From the NCBI GenBank assembly GCA_963704725.1, contig OY969934.1, positions 2,304,001 to 2,368,000 on the forward strand: a stretch of 64,000 nt of DNA, read 5' to 3'. The notes under the pieces are model-generated. The model made no database searches and was not told the origin of the DNA. It was given only the letters and a program-made list of their open reading frames with translations. Positions within the stretch are counted from its first letter, which is position 1, and every line of letters starts with the position of its first letter. The DNA is from an uncultured Actinomycetes bacterium. Lineage in GTDB: Bacteria > Actinomycetota > UBA4738 > HRBIN12. Positions 50,157-61,170 of the stretch are shown here, one piece after another. The position numbers and the translations under genes are program-made.

Positions 50157-51172
50157 TCAGAACTCCCCGCCCGCGAACGCGTCGATCATGGCCTCCACGT
50201 CGTCACCGAGCGGATACAGGACGGGGCACGTGCACCCGGCCTCGACGTACTCGCGCACCTTGGCCCGGCACTCGTCCGCCGTTCCCGAGGCCGTGATCAT
50301 CTGCACGACGTCGTCGGGAACCAGCCTCATGGCGCGGCGGATCTCCTCGGGGCCGGCCGGCCAGGTGAGGACCTTGCCGATCTCCTCCAGCAGCGACGGC
50401 TCGACGCCGCTCGCCTTCCCGATGTGCGGCTGCTGCCCCAGGTACTGCGTGACGAGCTCGCGCGCCCGGTCCAGGGCCAGGTCGCGATCCTCGTCGAGCG
50501 AGCAGACCACGAGCTGCGGACGGTCGATGTCCTCGACGCGCACGCCGCGCTTGGCGCGCCCGCCGCGAGCCGCTCCATCGCGGTCGCGTTGTACGCCGGG
50601 CTCACCAGGTAGTTGAGCAGCGCGCCGTCGGCGATCTCGCCGGCGAGCTCCATCATCTGCATGCCCGTCGCGCCGAGGTAGATCGGCACCGCTCTCGGCG
50701 AGCGGTCGCCGTGGACGATGTCGATCTGGATGTCCTCGACGTCGACGAACTCGCCGTGGAACGTCACGTTCTCCATCGCGATCAGCCGGCGGACGACTTC
50801 GACGTACTCGCGCATCGCGAGCAGCGGCCGCTCCCGCCTCACGCCGACCTTCGTGGCGAGCGGCTCCCACCACGCGCCGATCCCGAGCATGATCCGCCCG
50901 GGCGCCAGGTCGTCGAGCGTGACGAACGTCGCCGCCATGAGCCCGGCGTTCCGCGTCCAGTTGTTCACGACCCCGGATCCCACCTTGATGCGCTCGGTCG
51001 TCGCAGCGAACGCGGCCATCGGCACCGTGGCCTCGCGCACGAGGCGGCTCTCGGCCTGCCACACGGCCTCGAACCCCTGGGCCTCGGCGTGTCGCACGTA
51101 CCGGATGCCGTCGGCGAGCGGGTGCTTGTCCTGCAGGTAGATCGCCACGCGCCCCTCGGAGCTCACCGCCAC
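50157..51172 (-). CDS. LLM-class (Mer-like, probably F420-dependent) oxidoreductase, with one frameshift near 50556
   Basis: [59 protein letters not shown]-terminus [18 protein letters not shown] lies in the shifted frame. Confidence 0.85.
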
Positions 51173-51173
51173 C

Positions 51174-52517
51174 TCACGCACCCCCCGCCGGCTCGAACGG
51201 GTGGGCCGGGATCGCGTCCATGCGGTTCCACAGGTCCTGGGCCGCCGCCTGCGCCAGGGCCCGGGGTTCGCCCTCGTCCTGGGTCGCCAGTCGCCGGTCC
51301 CTGACGACGACGGAGCCATCAACCACGACGTCGCGGACGTTGGACGCGGACAGCCCGAACACCCAGTGCCCGGCGAGGTTCTCCGCGCTGAGCGGTGTGG
51401 GGGGGTCGTAGTCGAGCACGACGAGATCGGCGGGCGCTCCGGGCTCGATCCGGCCCAGGAGCGGCTCCCCGAACGCGCGCCCGGCGAACGCGGCCCCGGC
51501 GGCGAGACGGCCGAGCACCCACGACGGCGAGATCGAGGGGTCGTCCTCGTGGCCGCGCCAGTAGGCGGCGCGTGACTCGGCGAACATGTCCCCGTCGATC
51601 CCGTCCGTTCCGAGCGCCACCCGCTCGCCGAGCGCGCCGACGGGGGCCCGCCCGACGCGGTTGTTCATGTTCGACCGCGGGTTGTGAACCACCCAGGCGC
51701 CGGCGTCGCGGATCAGGCCGATCTCGCGGTCGTCGACGTGCACGCAGTGCGCGAGGAGCGATCGCTCGGTGAGTGCGCCCGCATCGGCCAGGCGCTCGAC
51801 CACGCGACGCCCGAACCGGGCCTCGGCGTCGCGCTCGTCGGCGGCATCCTCGGCCACGTGGACGTGGATCCCGACCAGGAACTCGTCCGCAAGCGAAACG
51901 CAAGCAGCGAGCGTCTCCGCGGACAGGGTGAAGGAGGCGTGCGCCCCGACCATCGTCCGCAGCGTCGATGAGGCATCGTCGGCCCGGTCCTCCTTGAGAC
52001 GGCGAAGGGTCTCCTCGAGCCCGGCGGCCGCGGCGTCGAGGCCGTCGCGGTCGGTGACCTCGTAGCACAGGATCCGGCGGGCGCCGAGGCTGCTCAGGCC
52101 CTGGTCGAGCCACTCGAGCGACGCCGCGATGGCGGTCGGCGAAGCGTGGTGGTCGACGATCGTCGTCGTCCCCGAGAGCAGGGCATCGGCGCCGCCCGTC
52201 ATGGCCGACCGAAGGATCGATGTCGGGTCGAGTGCCCGGTCGAGCCGCCACCACACGCGCTGGAGGATCTGCACGAAGCTCTCCGGCGGCTCGAGGCGGT
52301 AAGGCATCCCTCGAGCCAGCGCCGAGTAGAGGTGGTGGTGCGCACACACGTTGCCCGGGATCACCAGGCAACCCGTGCAGTCGATCACGTCGGCCGATGG
52401 CTCCGCGGTCGCGCCCTCCGCCGCGATCCGGCCGTCGACCACCAGGACGTCGATCGGCCGGAGCGCCGGCGGATCGAGCGACGTGACCACCGTCCCGCCC
52501 GACAGGAGCAGGGTCAC
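51174..52517 (-). CDS. SsnA-like amidohydrolase
   Basis: [72 protein letters not shown]. Confidence 0.85.
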   Translation of the reverse strand: MTLLLSGGTVVTSLDPPALRPIDVLVVDGRIAAEGATAEPSADVIDCTGCLVIPGNVCAHHHLYSALARGMPYRLEPPESFVQILQRVWWRLDRALDPTSILRSAMTGGADALLSGTTTIVDHHASPTAIAASLEWLDQGLSSLGARRILCYEVTDRDGLDAAAAGLEETLRRLKEDRADDASSTLRTMVGAHASFTLSAETLAACVSLADEFLVGIHVHVAEDAADERDAEARFGRRVVERLADAGALTERSLLAHCVHVDDREIGLIRDAGAWVVHNPRSNMNNRVGRAPVGALGERVALGTDGIDGDMFAESRAAYWRGHEDDPSISPSWVLGRLAAGAAFAGRAFGEPLLGRIEPGAPADLVVLDYDPPTPLSAENLAGHWVFGLSASNVRDVVVDGSVVVRDRRLATQDEGEPRALAQAAAQDLWNRMDAIPAHPFEPAGGA

Positions 52518-55127
52518 TCGGCCTCCGCGCGCCGGGCGGCCGCCCCGGCGAGCCGCGGGGCGAGCGCGGCACCCGCCGCCGAGTCGCGCATCGGGAGCTT
52601 CGTCCGCCACGTGCCCTCGAACGCGTGGAGCGCGCCGGCGCAGGCGGCCGCCGTCGGCACGAGTCCGATCTCGCCGACGCCCTTGGCCCCGAACGGCCCC
52701 TCGGGCTGCGGCACCTCGACCAGGATCGTCTCGACGTCCGGCATCCGAGGCGCCGGCACGATGCCGAGCGACTTCAGGGTGGTCGTCGTGGGGAACCCGC
52801 CCTCGACGGCGTACTCCTCGGTCAGGCCGAACCCCAGGCCCATGTGCACGGCGCCCTCGATCTGGCCCTCGAGCAGCGTGGGGTTCATGGCCCTGCCGAC
52901 GTCGTGCGCGGCGACGACCTTCTCCACGTGGCCCTCGTCGTCCAGGATCACGACCTGCACGGCCCAGCCGAAGGCGAAGTGCGTGACGGGGTTCGGGGCG
53001 TCCGATCCCGGCTTGTCCGTCCAGTCCACGACGATCTCGCCGTAGAACTCGCGGCCCGCGAGATCCTCGAGCCGGCTGCCGATCAGCTCCGCCTTGAGCT
53101 TCTTCGCCGCCTCCTGGATGGCGCGGCCGCCGAGGACCGTCGAGCGCGACGCCGTGGTCTGCCCGGTGTCGAGCTCGCGCATCGTGTCGACGATCACGTG
53201 GACCCGATCCGCCGTGATGCCGAGCTCCTCACAGACCACCTGCAGCAGGACGGTGTTCACGCCCTGGCCCATCTCGGTCCACGAGTGGAACAGCGTGACC
53301 GTGCCGTCGGCCTCGGGCCGCAGGATCGCCCGGCCGAACTCCGTCAGCCCGTTGCCGATCCCGGTGTTCTTCACGCCGGAGCCGATCCCCGCGTACCGGG
53401 CTCCCCGGTAGGCGTCGCGGACGGCCTCCAGGCACGCCTTGATCCCGACGCCCTCGCCCAGCACCTGCCCCGTGCCGAAGCGGTCGCCGACCTCGAGCGC
53501 GTTGCGCCACCGGATCTCCCAGGGGTCGAGGCCCACGAGCTCGGCCAGGCGGTCGAGCATCCCGTCGATCGCGAACATCACCTGGTTCACGCCGAAGCCG
53601 CGGAACGCGCCGCACGGCGGGTTGTTCGTGTAGACGGCCCGGGCCTCGACGTCGACCGCGTCGAACGCGGTACGGCCCGCACGCGTGCCCGGCCGCCCGC
53701 TCGAGCACCTTGTCGCCGACGCTCGCGTACGCGCCGGTGTCGCCGACGATCCGCGCCCGGACCCCGGTCAGCCTGCCGTCGGCCTCGCACCCGACCGTGT
53801 ACGTCATCGTGAGCGGGTGGCGCTTGGGGTGGAAGCGGAGGCTCTCGGCCCGCGTCAGCGTCAGCAGGACCGGCCGCCCCGTCGCCACCGCGGCGAGCGC
53901 GGTGTGGCACTGCACGTTCAGGTCCTCCTTCGCGCCGAACGCGCCGCCGTTGGAGACCTGGGTGACGCGGACGCGCTCCTCCGGCCATCCGAGGAACGAG
54001 GCGATCTGCCGACGGTCCTCCCACACGCCCTGCCCCTGGGACGAGACGTGGACCGTCCCGTCCGCCTCCGGCACCGCGAACGCGGACTCGGGCTCGAGGA
54101 AGGCGTGCTCGATGAACTGGGTCTGGAACGTCTCGGTCAGCACATGCGCCGATCCCTCGAGGGCGGCGTCGACGTCGCCACGCTTCACGATCGAGGTCGA
54201 GAGCAGGTTGCCGCTCTCGTGCAGCGCCGGGGCCTCCGGGGCCAGCGCGTCGAACGGGTCGGTGAGCGGCTCGAGCACCTCGTACTCGACGGCGACGAGC
54301 TCGGCAGCGTCGCGGGCGGCGCGCCGGGTCTCCGCGACGACGATCGCGAGCACGTCGCCGACGTAGCGCGTGATCTCGCCCTCGGCGACGACCTGGGGCC
54401 AGTCTCGCGTGATCAGGCCCTGGGCGCGCTCCCCCGTGACGTCGTCGGCGAGGAGCACGGCCACGACCCCCTCGTGCGCCAGCGCCGGCGCGGGATCGAT
54501 CCGCACCAGGCGCGCCCGGGGGTGGTCGCTGAACCGGAGCGCCCCGTGGAGCATCCCGGGCGCCGTGAGGTCGTTGATGTACGGCTTGTCCCCGAGCGCC
54601 AGCTCCCGGCCCTGGTACCGCGCCGTCCGCGAGCCGACCCGCCCCGACATCTCGGGCTCCGGCATGGGCTCGCCGGCGCGCGAGCGGGCCACGAGGTCGA
54701 CGGCATCGACGATCTTGAGGTAGCCGGTGCACCGGCACAGGTTGCCGGCGAGGGCCTTGGCGATCTCCTCGCGGGAGGGCGCGGGGTTCTTGGCCAGCAG
54801 GCCCTCGCCCTTCATCACGATGCCCGGCGAGCAGAACCCGCACTGCGACGCGCCGGAGACGACGAACCCGTCCGCCCACCGCTCGCGCTCCTGCGGCTCG
54901 AGGCCCTCCTGCGTGACGATGTGACGCCCCGCCACCCGGTCGGCCTTCTGCGCGCACGAGACCACGGCCTTGCCGTCGACCAGCACCGTGCAGGCCCCGC
55001 ACGAGCCCTCCGGGGCGCACCCGTCCTTCACCGAGGTCACGCCGAGCTCCTCGCGGAGGAGCTCGAGCAGGCTCATGCCCGGGCGAACCTCGGCCGAGAC
55101 CGGTCGTCCGTTCAGCGTGAGGTCCAC
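52514..55127 (-). CDS. Fused (2Fe-2S)+Mo subunit, 'selenium-dependent xanthine dehydrogenase'-like, with one frameshift near 53664
   Basis: KDGCAPEGSCGAC, QCGFC, NLCRCTGY, EHAFLEPE, GGAFGAKED. After the shift: GAFRGFGVNQ, TTASR, GAKGVGE. Confidence 0.85.
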
Positions 55128-55182
55128 GAGGGCCTCGCCTCCTTCTCGCCGCATCGAACTGCTCGCATCATGAGGCCGCCCG

Positions 55183-56139
55183 TCATCGTTCGGCCGGACC
55201 GATCCTCGTGCCGGTCTCCCCCGCCAGCGCGCGGGCCACGCTCTCGGGGTTGGTGATCAGGGCGGTGCCGCCGGTGGCCTCGACGAACGCGACCGCGGCC
55301 TCGATCTTCGGCGCCATGCTGCCCTTGGCGAAGTGCGTGCCCTCGGCCAGGTACGCCCGGGCCTCCTCCGGCGTCAGGTGGTCGACCCATTCCTGCTCCG
55401 GCGTGCCGAACCGGAGCGCGACCTTCTCGATCGACGTGCTGATCACGAACAGCTCCGCCCCCAGCGAGGACGCCAGCAGCGAGGAGGCACGGTCCTTGTC
55501 GATGACCGCGGCGACGCCGCGGAGATCGCCGTTCTCGTCCGCGACCACGGGGATCCCGCCGCCGCCGACGGCGATCACGACGACCCCGGCGCGCAGGAGG
55601 TCGCGGATCACGGCTTCCTCGACGATCCGCATCGGCTCCGGCGAGGCGACCACCCGGCGCCAACCGCGGCCGGCGTCCTCGACCACGCTCCACCCCTCCT
55701 CGTCCCGGCGGCGGGCGGCCTGCGCCTCGTCCATGTACGAGCCGATGGGCTTGGTCGGATCCCGGAACGCCGGGTCGTCCGCCGCCACCTCGGTCTGCGT
55801 GATGACGGTGGCGACGCGCTTGTCGATGCCGAGCCGGGCGAAGTCGTTGTACAGGTTCTGCTGGAGGGCGTAGCCGATCGCCCCCTGCGTGTCGGCCCCG
55901 CACACGTCGAGCGGGACCTCGTGGAGCTCGTGAGCGGCGAGCTCGGACCGGCGGAGGATGAACCCGACCTGCGGGCCGTTGCCGTGCGTGATGGTCACGT
56001 TCCAGCCGTCGCGGATCATCCCGGCGATGTGCATGCACGTCTCGCCGGCGGCGATGTACTGATCGCGCACCGTCTGGTGCATCGTGTCCTTGATCAGCGA
56101 GTTCCCGCCGATCGCGACGACCGCCGTGCGCTCACCCAT
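55183..56139 (-). CDS. arcC: Carbamate kinase
   Basis: VAIGGNSL, THGNGPQVG, PTKPIG, WRRVVASP, AVIDKD, GSMAPKI. Confidence 0.96.
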   Translation of the reverse strand: MGERTAVVAIGGNSLIKDTMHQTVRDQYIAAGETCMHIAGMIRDGWNVTITHGNGPQVGFILRRSELAAHELHEVPLDVCGADTQGAIGYALQQNLYNDFARLGIDKRVATVITQTEVAADDPAFRDPTKPIGSYMDEAQAARRRDEEGWSVVEDAGRGWRRVVASPEPMRIVEEAVIRDLLRAGVVVIAVGGGGIPVVADENGDLRGVAAVIDKDRASSLLASSLGAELFVISTSIEKVALRFGTPEQEWVDHLTPEEARAYLAEGTHFAKGSMAPKIEAAVAFVEATGGTALITNPESVARALAGETGTRIGPAER

Positions 56140-56157
56140 CGCCGGTCCCGAACCCCC

Positions 56158-57111
56158 CTACTCCACCGCGCCCAGGACCAGCGACAGCAGGGCCATCCGC
56201 ATCACGACGCCGTTGAACGCCTCGGTCCAGTATCGGGCGTGGCGGGTCGCATCGACGTCGGCCGGCAGCTCGTCCATCCGAGGGAGCGAGTGCAGGATGA
56301 TGGCGTCGCTCTTGGCCTTCTCGCCCAGCAGCTGGCGGGTCACGCGGTACTCGGCGGGCGTGGTGGGGAGCTCTCCGCCGCGCTCGTCGCGCCCCTTCGT
56401 GTAGTCGGCCTGCACCACCGGCTCCATGTAGATGACGTCGACGTCGCCGATGACCTTCTCGACGGACTCGGCCTCGATGTACCGGACGTTGCGCTCGTCG
56501 AGCTCCGTCTTGAACTCCGGCAGGAGCGACATGTCGGGCGGGCCGACGACGTAGGAAACGACGTCGAACTGGCTGAACGCGTACAGGATCGAGTGCATCG
56601 TCCGCATCCGCATGTCGCCGACCAGCAGGAAGTTCAGCCCGTCGATGCGGCCGCGCTCCTTCCACGTCGTGTAGAGGTCGGTGAGGACCTGCGTGGGGTG
56701 CTCGCCCCAGCCGTCCCCGCAGTTGATGATCGGCACCGAGGCCCACCTCGCGGCCTCCTCGGGCGCGCCCTGCTGGAAGTGCCGCATCGCGATGACGTCC
56801 GCGTAGAACTCCAGCATGTGGACCGTGTCCTTGATCGACTCCTGGTAGAAGTCGCCGGCGCGGGTGTTCTTCGCGTCGGAGAACCCGAGCACGTGCCCGC
56901 CGAGCCGGTGCATGGCCGCCTCGGTGGCCATCCGCGTCCGGGTGCTCGGCTGGTAGAACGCCGTCAGCAGGCTCTTGTCCTTGAGCAGGTCGCTGTTGCG
57001 CCGCCCCTTCGCGATCGGCGCGAGCCGGTCGCAGATCTCGAAGACGTGGAAGAACTCCTCCCGCTCGAACTCCTTGAGCGAAAGGATGTCGCGTCCGGCG
57101 AAGCTCCTCAT
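56158..57111 (-). CDS. Aspartate-carbamoyltransferase-family enzyme with a non-canonical substrate site
   Basis: PSTRT, MRH, EHPTQ and HSLPR are retained. YMEPVVQ stands where ATCase has YxTRxQxER. Confidence 0.8.
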   Translation of the reverse strand: MRSFAGRDILSLKEFEREEFFHVFEICDRLAPIAKGRRNSDLLKDKSLLTAFYQPSTRTRMATEAAMHRLGGHVLGFSDAKNTRAGDFYQESIKDTVHMLEFYADVIAMRHFQQGAPEEAARWASVPIINCGDGWGEHPTQVLTDLYTTWKERGRIDGLNFLLVGDMRMRTMHSILYAFSQFDVVSYVVGPPDMSLLPEFKTELDERNVRYIEAESVEKVIGDVDVIYMEPVVQADYTKGRDERGGELPTTPAEYRVTRQLLGEKAKSDAIILHSLPRMDELPADVDATRHARYWTEAFNGVVMRMALLSLVLGAVE

Positions 57112-57130
57112 CGATGTCCTCCTCGTTCGT

Positions 57131-58473
<1,343 letters not shown>

Positions 58474-58477
<4 letters not shown>

Positions 58478-59967
58478 GCCACCTCGATGCCCGAACGGGC
58501 GTTGAACGCCCGGATCGCCTCGTCCCACGCCGGCATCAGGTCGCGCAGGCCGCGCCAGAACCCCTGGTCGCGCCGGGCCGTGAAGTCCTCGATCGACACG
58601 CCCTGCTGCTCGACCCACGTGAAGTACCCGAGGTTGAAGACCCGGTCTCGGTCCTCGTCCGTGAGCTGGGCCATGTCGCCCGTGCCCTGCCCCTCGAGAG
58701 AGCGGCCGAACGTCTCGGCGGCCTCGGCCTCCCCGAACCCGCCGGGGAAGTCGCGCGCCAGGACCTTGTCGACCTCCGTGCGGTACATCGAGGCGCCGTC
58801 CGTCGCGATCGTCACGATGACGTCGTCGGCTCCCAGATGCTGCAGCCTCGCCGTCTTGATCGCGCCGAGGACGTTGCAGATGCTCGAGAGCCCGAAGGAG
58901 TCCAGGGCGGAGATCGTCGCCTCGTCGACGCCGCGCCGGCGGAGGTAGGCCCGGCCCTCCGCGGTGTTGAACAGGACGTTCAGCCGGTCGGTGTCCCGGT
59001 CGCTGAGGTCCACCACGACGTCGGTGTTCATGACGTTGTGGATCAATGGAACGTGCTTGTCGCCGATCCCCTGGATGTTGTGCTCGCCGAACCCGTTGCG
59101 GAGCAACGTGGGACACTCGAGCGCCTCGGCCGCGACGATGGACGTTCCGTACCGGTCTTTCAGGTGGTCGCCGGCCGCGATCGTGCCTGCGGAGCCGGTG
59201 GCGGAGACGAACGCGCGCAGGCGCAGTCCCGGGTCGCGCTCGCGCAGCGTCTCGAACACGTGGGCCAGCGCCCGGCCCGTGACCAGCTCGTGCACGAGGT
59301 GGTTGGGGTACTCCGAGAACTGGTTCAGGATCACGTTCCCCGGATCCACGGCCAGGCGCTTGCACTCGTCGTAGATCTCGCGGACGTTGCTCTCCACGCC
59401 CGGCGTCCGGATGACGTCGGCGGCGTCGAGGACCCACCGCTCCAGCCACTCGAACCGCTCGCGGCTCATGCCCTCCGGTAGGACCGCCACGCCCCGGCAC
59501 CCCATGATGCGGCTGATGGCCACGCCGCCCCGGCAGTAGTTGCCGGTCGAGGGCCACACGGCCCGGTGCGCGGTCGCGTCGAACTCGCCGCCGACGACCC
59601 GGGGCACCAGGCAGGCGTAGGCCGCCAGGACCTTGTGCGCGCCGATCATGGGGAAGCGGTCGCCGAGCACGACCACGATCTTCGCGTCGACGCCGGTGAG
59701 CGACGACGGCAGGACCACGTGCGCGGGGACCTCGACGATCCCTCGCCGGTCCGCGGCGTTGTACCAGTGGACGCGGAACAGGTTCAGCGGGTGGGCGGAG
59801 TCGGGGTCGATGCCCGCGAGCTCGTCGCGGATCCGCTGGGGGATCTTGGCGGGCTCCGCCAGCTGCTCGAACGTGGGCAGCGCGATCCCCGCCTCACGGA
59901 ACCGGTCGACCGTCCGCTCCTGGATCCGCGGATCGGCGACGTCGTGCTCGAGGCCCGATCCCGTCAT
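58474..59967 (-). CDS. Large PLP-dependent (fold II, cysteine-synthase-like) enzyme of unknown specificity
   Basis: FPMIGAHKV (PLP Lys), [43 protein letters not shown]. Confidence 0.82.
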
Positions 59968-60074
59968 CTCGACCACCTCCCACCCCTCGACCGGCCGCTC
60001 CACGAATCGGGCCCGGGCGAACCCTCCGGGCGGCTCGAGGGTCGCGGCTCCCGGCCGAGGCCCAACCCCGGTGA

Positions 60075-60093
60075 ATATTAGAGTTTGTTGAAG
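60075..60093 (-). promoter_or_regulatory. AT-rich promoter patch for the catabolic operon (-10 TAATAT)
   Basis: TTCAACAAACTCTAATAT, a conspicuous AT island about 110 nt upstream of the first gene. Confidence 0.55.
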
Positions 60094-60174
60094 CGGGCGC
60101 CGCAGGGGATGCCCGTCGGCCCGTGGCGTGAGGGGCCCTTCGGCCCTGCTCGCCGACGGCGAGATTGACAGACC

Positions 60175-60444
60175 GTGGACACCGTGAGCGCACCGGCGGA
60201 TCGGCGCAGGGTCAGGGCCGAGTTCACCGTCTTCCCCTTCCGTGAGAGCGAGGCCCTGCCGGCCCACGCCCGGGCCGCCGTGGAGGCGGCTCGATCGGCC
60301 GGTGCGGAGGTGGACGTCGAGCCGCTGTCCAGCGTCGCCTCGGGTGAGGTCGAGGTCGTCCTCGAGGCCGTGCGCGCGGCGGCCATCGCCGCGTTCGGGG
60401 CGGGAGCGACGCGGTTCACCCTCAACGTCGAGGTGGAGCCGTGA
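60175..60444 (+). CDS. Small thiamine-binding-protein-like (YkoF/ferredoxin-like fold) protein
   Basis: AEFTVFPF...[13 protein letters not shown]...[13 protein letters not shown]. Stop overlaps the next start. Confidence 0.7.
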   Translation: MDTVSAPADRRRVRAEFTVFPFRESEALPAHARAAVEAARSAGAEVDVEPLSSVASGEVEVVLEAVRAAAIAAFGAGATRFTLNVEVEP

Positions 60445-60926
60445 CCGCGGAGACCGAGTTCGCGCAGGCGCTGGCGGGGGCGCTCGGGCCCCTGTACCGC
60501 GTGTCCGTCGTCGGCTCGAACGGGGACGTCGAGGCGACGTTCCGGGCCCCGGACCAGGCCGAGGCCGGGGTCCCCTCGAGCCGGATCGGGCTCCCGGGCT
60601 CCTCCTCGTGCCTGGTGGTCGAGGTCGACGTCGGCGCGCTCCAGGCCGCCGACCGCGTCCTGCACGAGCTCGCCCGGGCCAGATGGGAGACCTCGATCGG
60701 CCTGCCCAACCTGGACGGTGCCCTCGAGGAGCTGATCTCCGACGCCGAGTCCAGGATCGGACGGCCGGTCGCCGAGATGAGCCGGATCGACAAGCAGCGG
60801 CTGGTCAAGTTCCTGGACGAGCGCGGGGCGTTCTCCCTCCGCAAGTCGGTCGAGGGGGTCGCCCTCGTGCTCGGGGTGAGCCGATTCACGGTCTACAACT
60901 ACCTCGACGCCTCGCGAGGCTCTTGA
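60441..60926 (+). CDS. YheO/DauR-type HTH transcriptional regulator
   Basis: [38 protein letters not shown]. Confidence 0.85.
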   Translation: MTAETEFAQALAGALGPLYRVSVVGSNGDVEATFRAPDQAEAGVPSSRIGLPGSSSCLVVEVDVGALQAADRVLHELARARWETSIGLPNLDGALEELISDAESRIGRPVAEMSRIDKQRLVKFLDERGAFSLRKSVEGVALVLGVSRFTVYNYLDASRGS

Positions 60927-61170
60927 CGGCGCCCCCGGCGTGCGCGGAGACGGCCCGCTCCCGGGCCCCACGACCCCATCGCAGCGGGCCGTTTGCCTCA
61001 GCGCCCGTCTCCGCCCCGCCCGGCATGCTTGCCGACGGCGTTCAACATTCCGACAGGTCGGGAGCGATCACCGTGCGGAACCCCCAGCCGATCCCCCGTC
61101 GATCCGCGTCCACGGTTCGTGCGGCGGCGGGGTCGCCCTGCGGCCACCCCCGGACGCGGCGGCCGGTCGC

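Noticed and set aside
52514-55127. Selenocysteine (UGA) recoding in the 'selenium-dependent' XDH
   Set aside because: The break is a frameshift, not an in-frame TGA. This family uses a non-Sec selenium cofactor.
43968-57111. Arginine deiminase or pyrimidine biosynthesis operon (argF/arcB, pyrB, arcC)
   Set aside because: No arcA, arcD, pyrC or carAB is present. One transferase has YgeW signatures, the other lacks aspartate-binding residues, and the context is purine catabolism.
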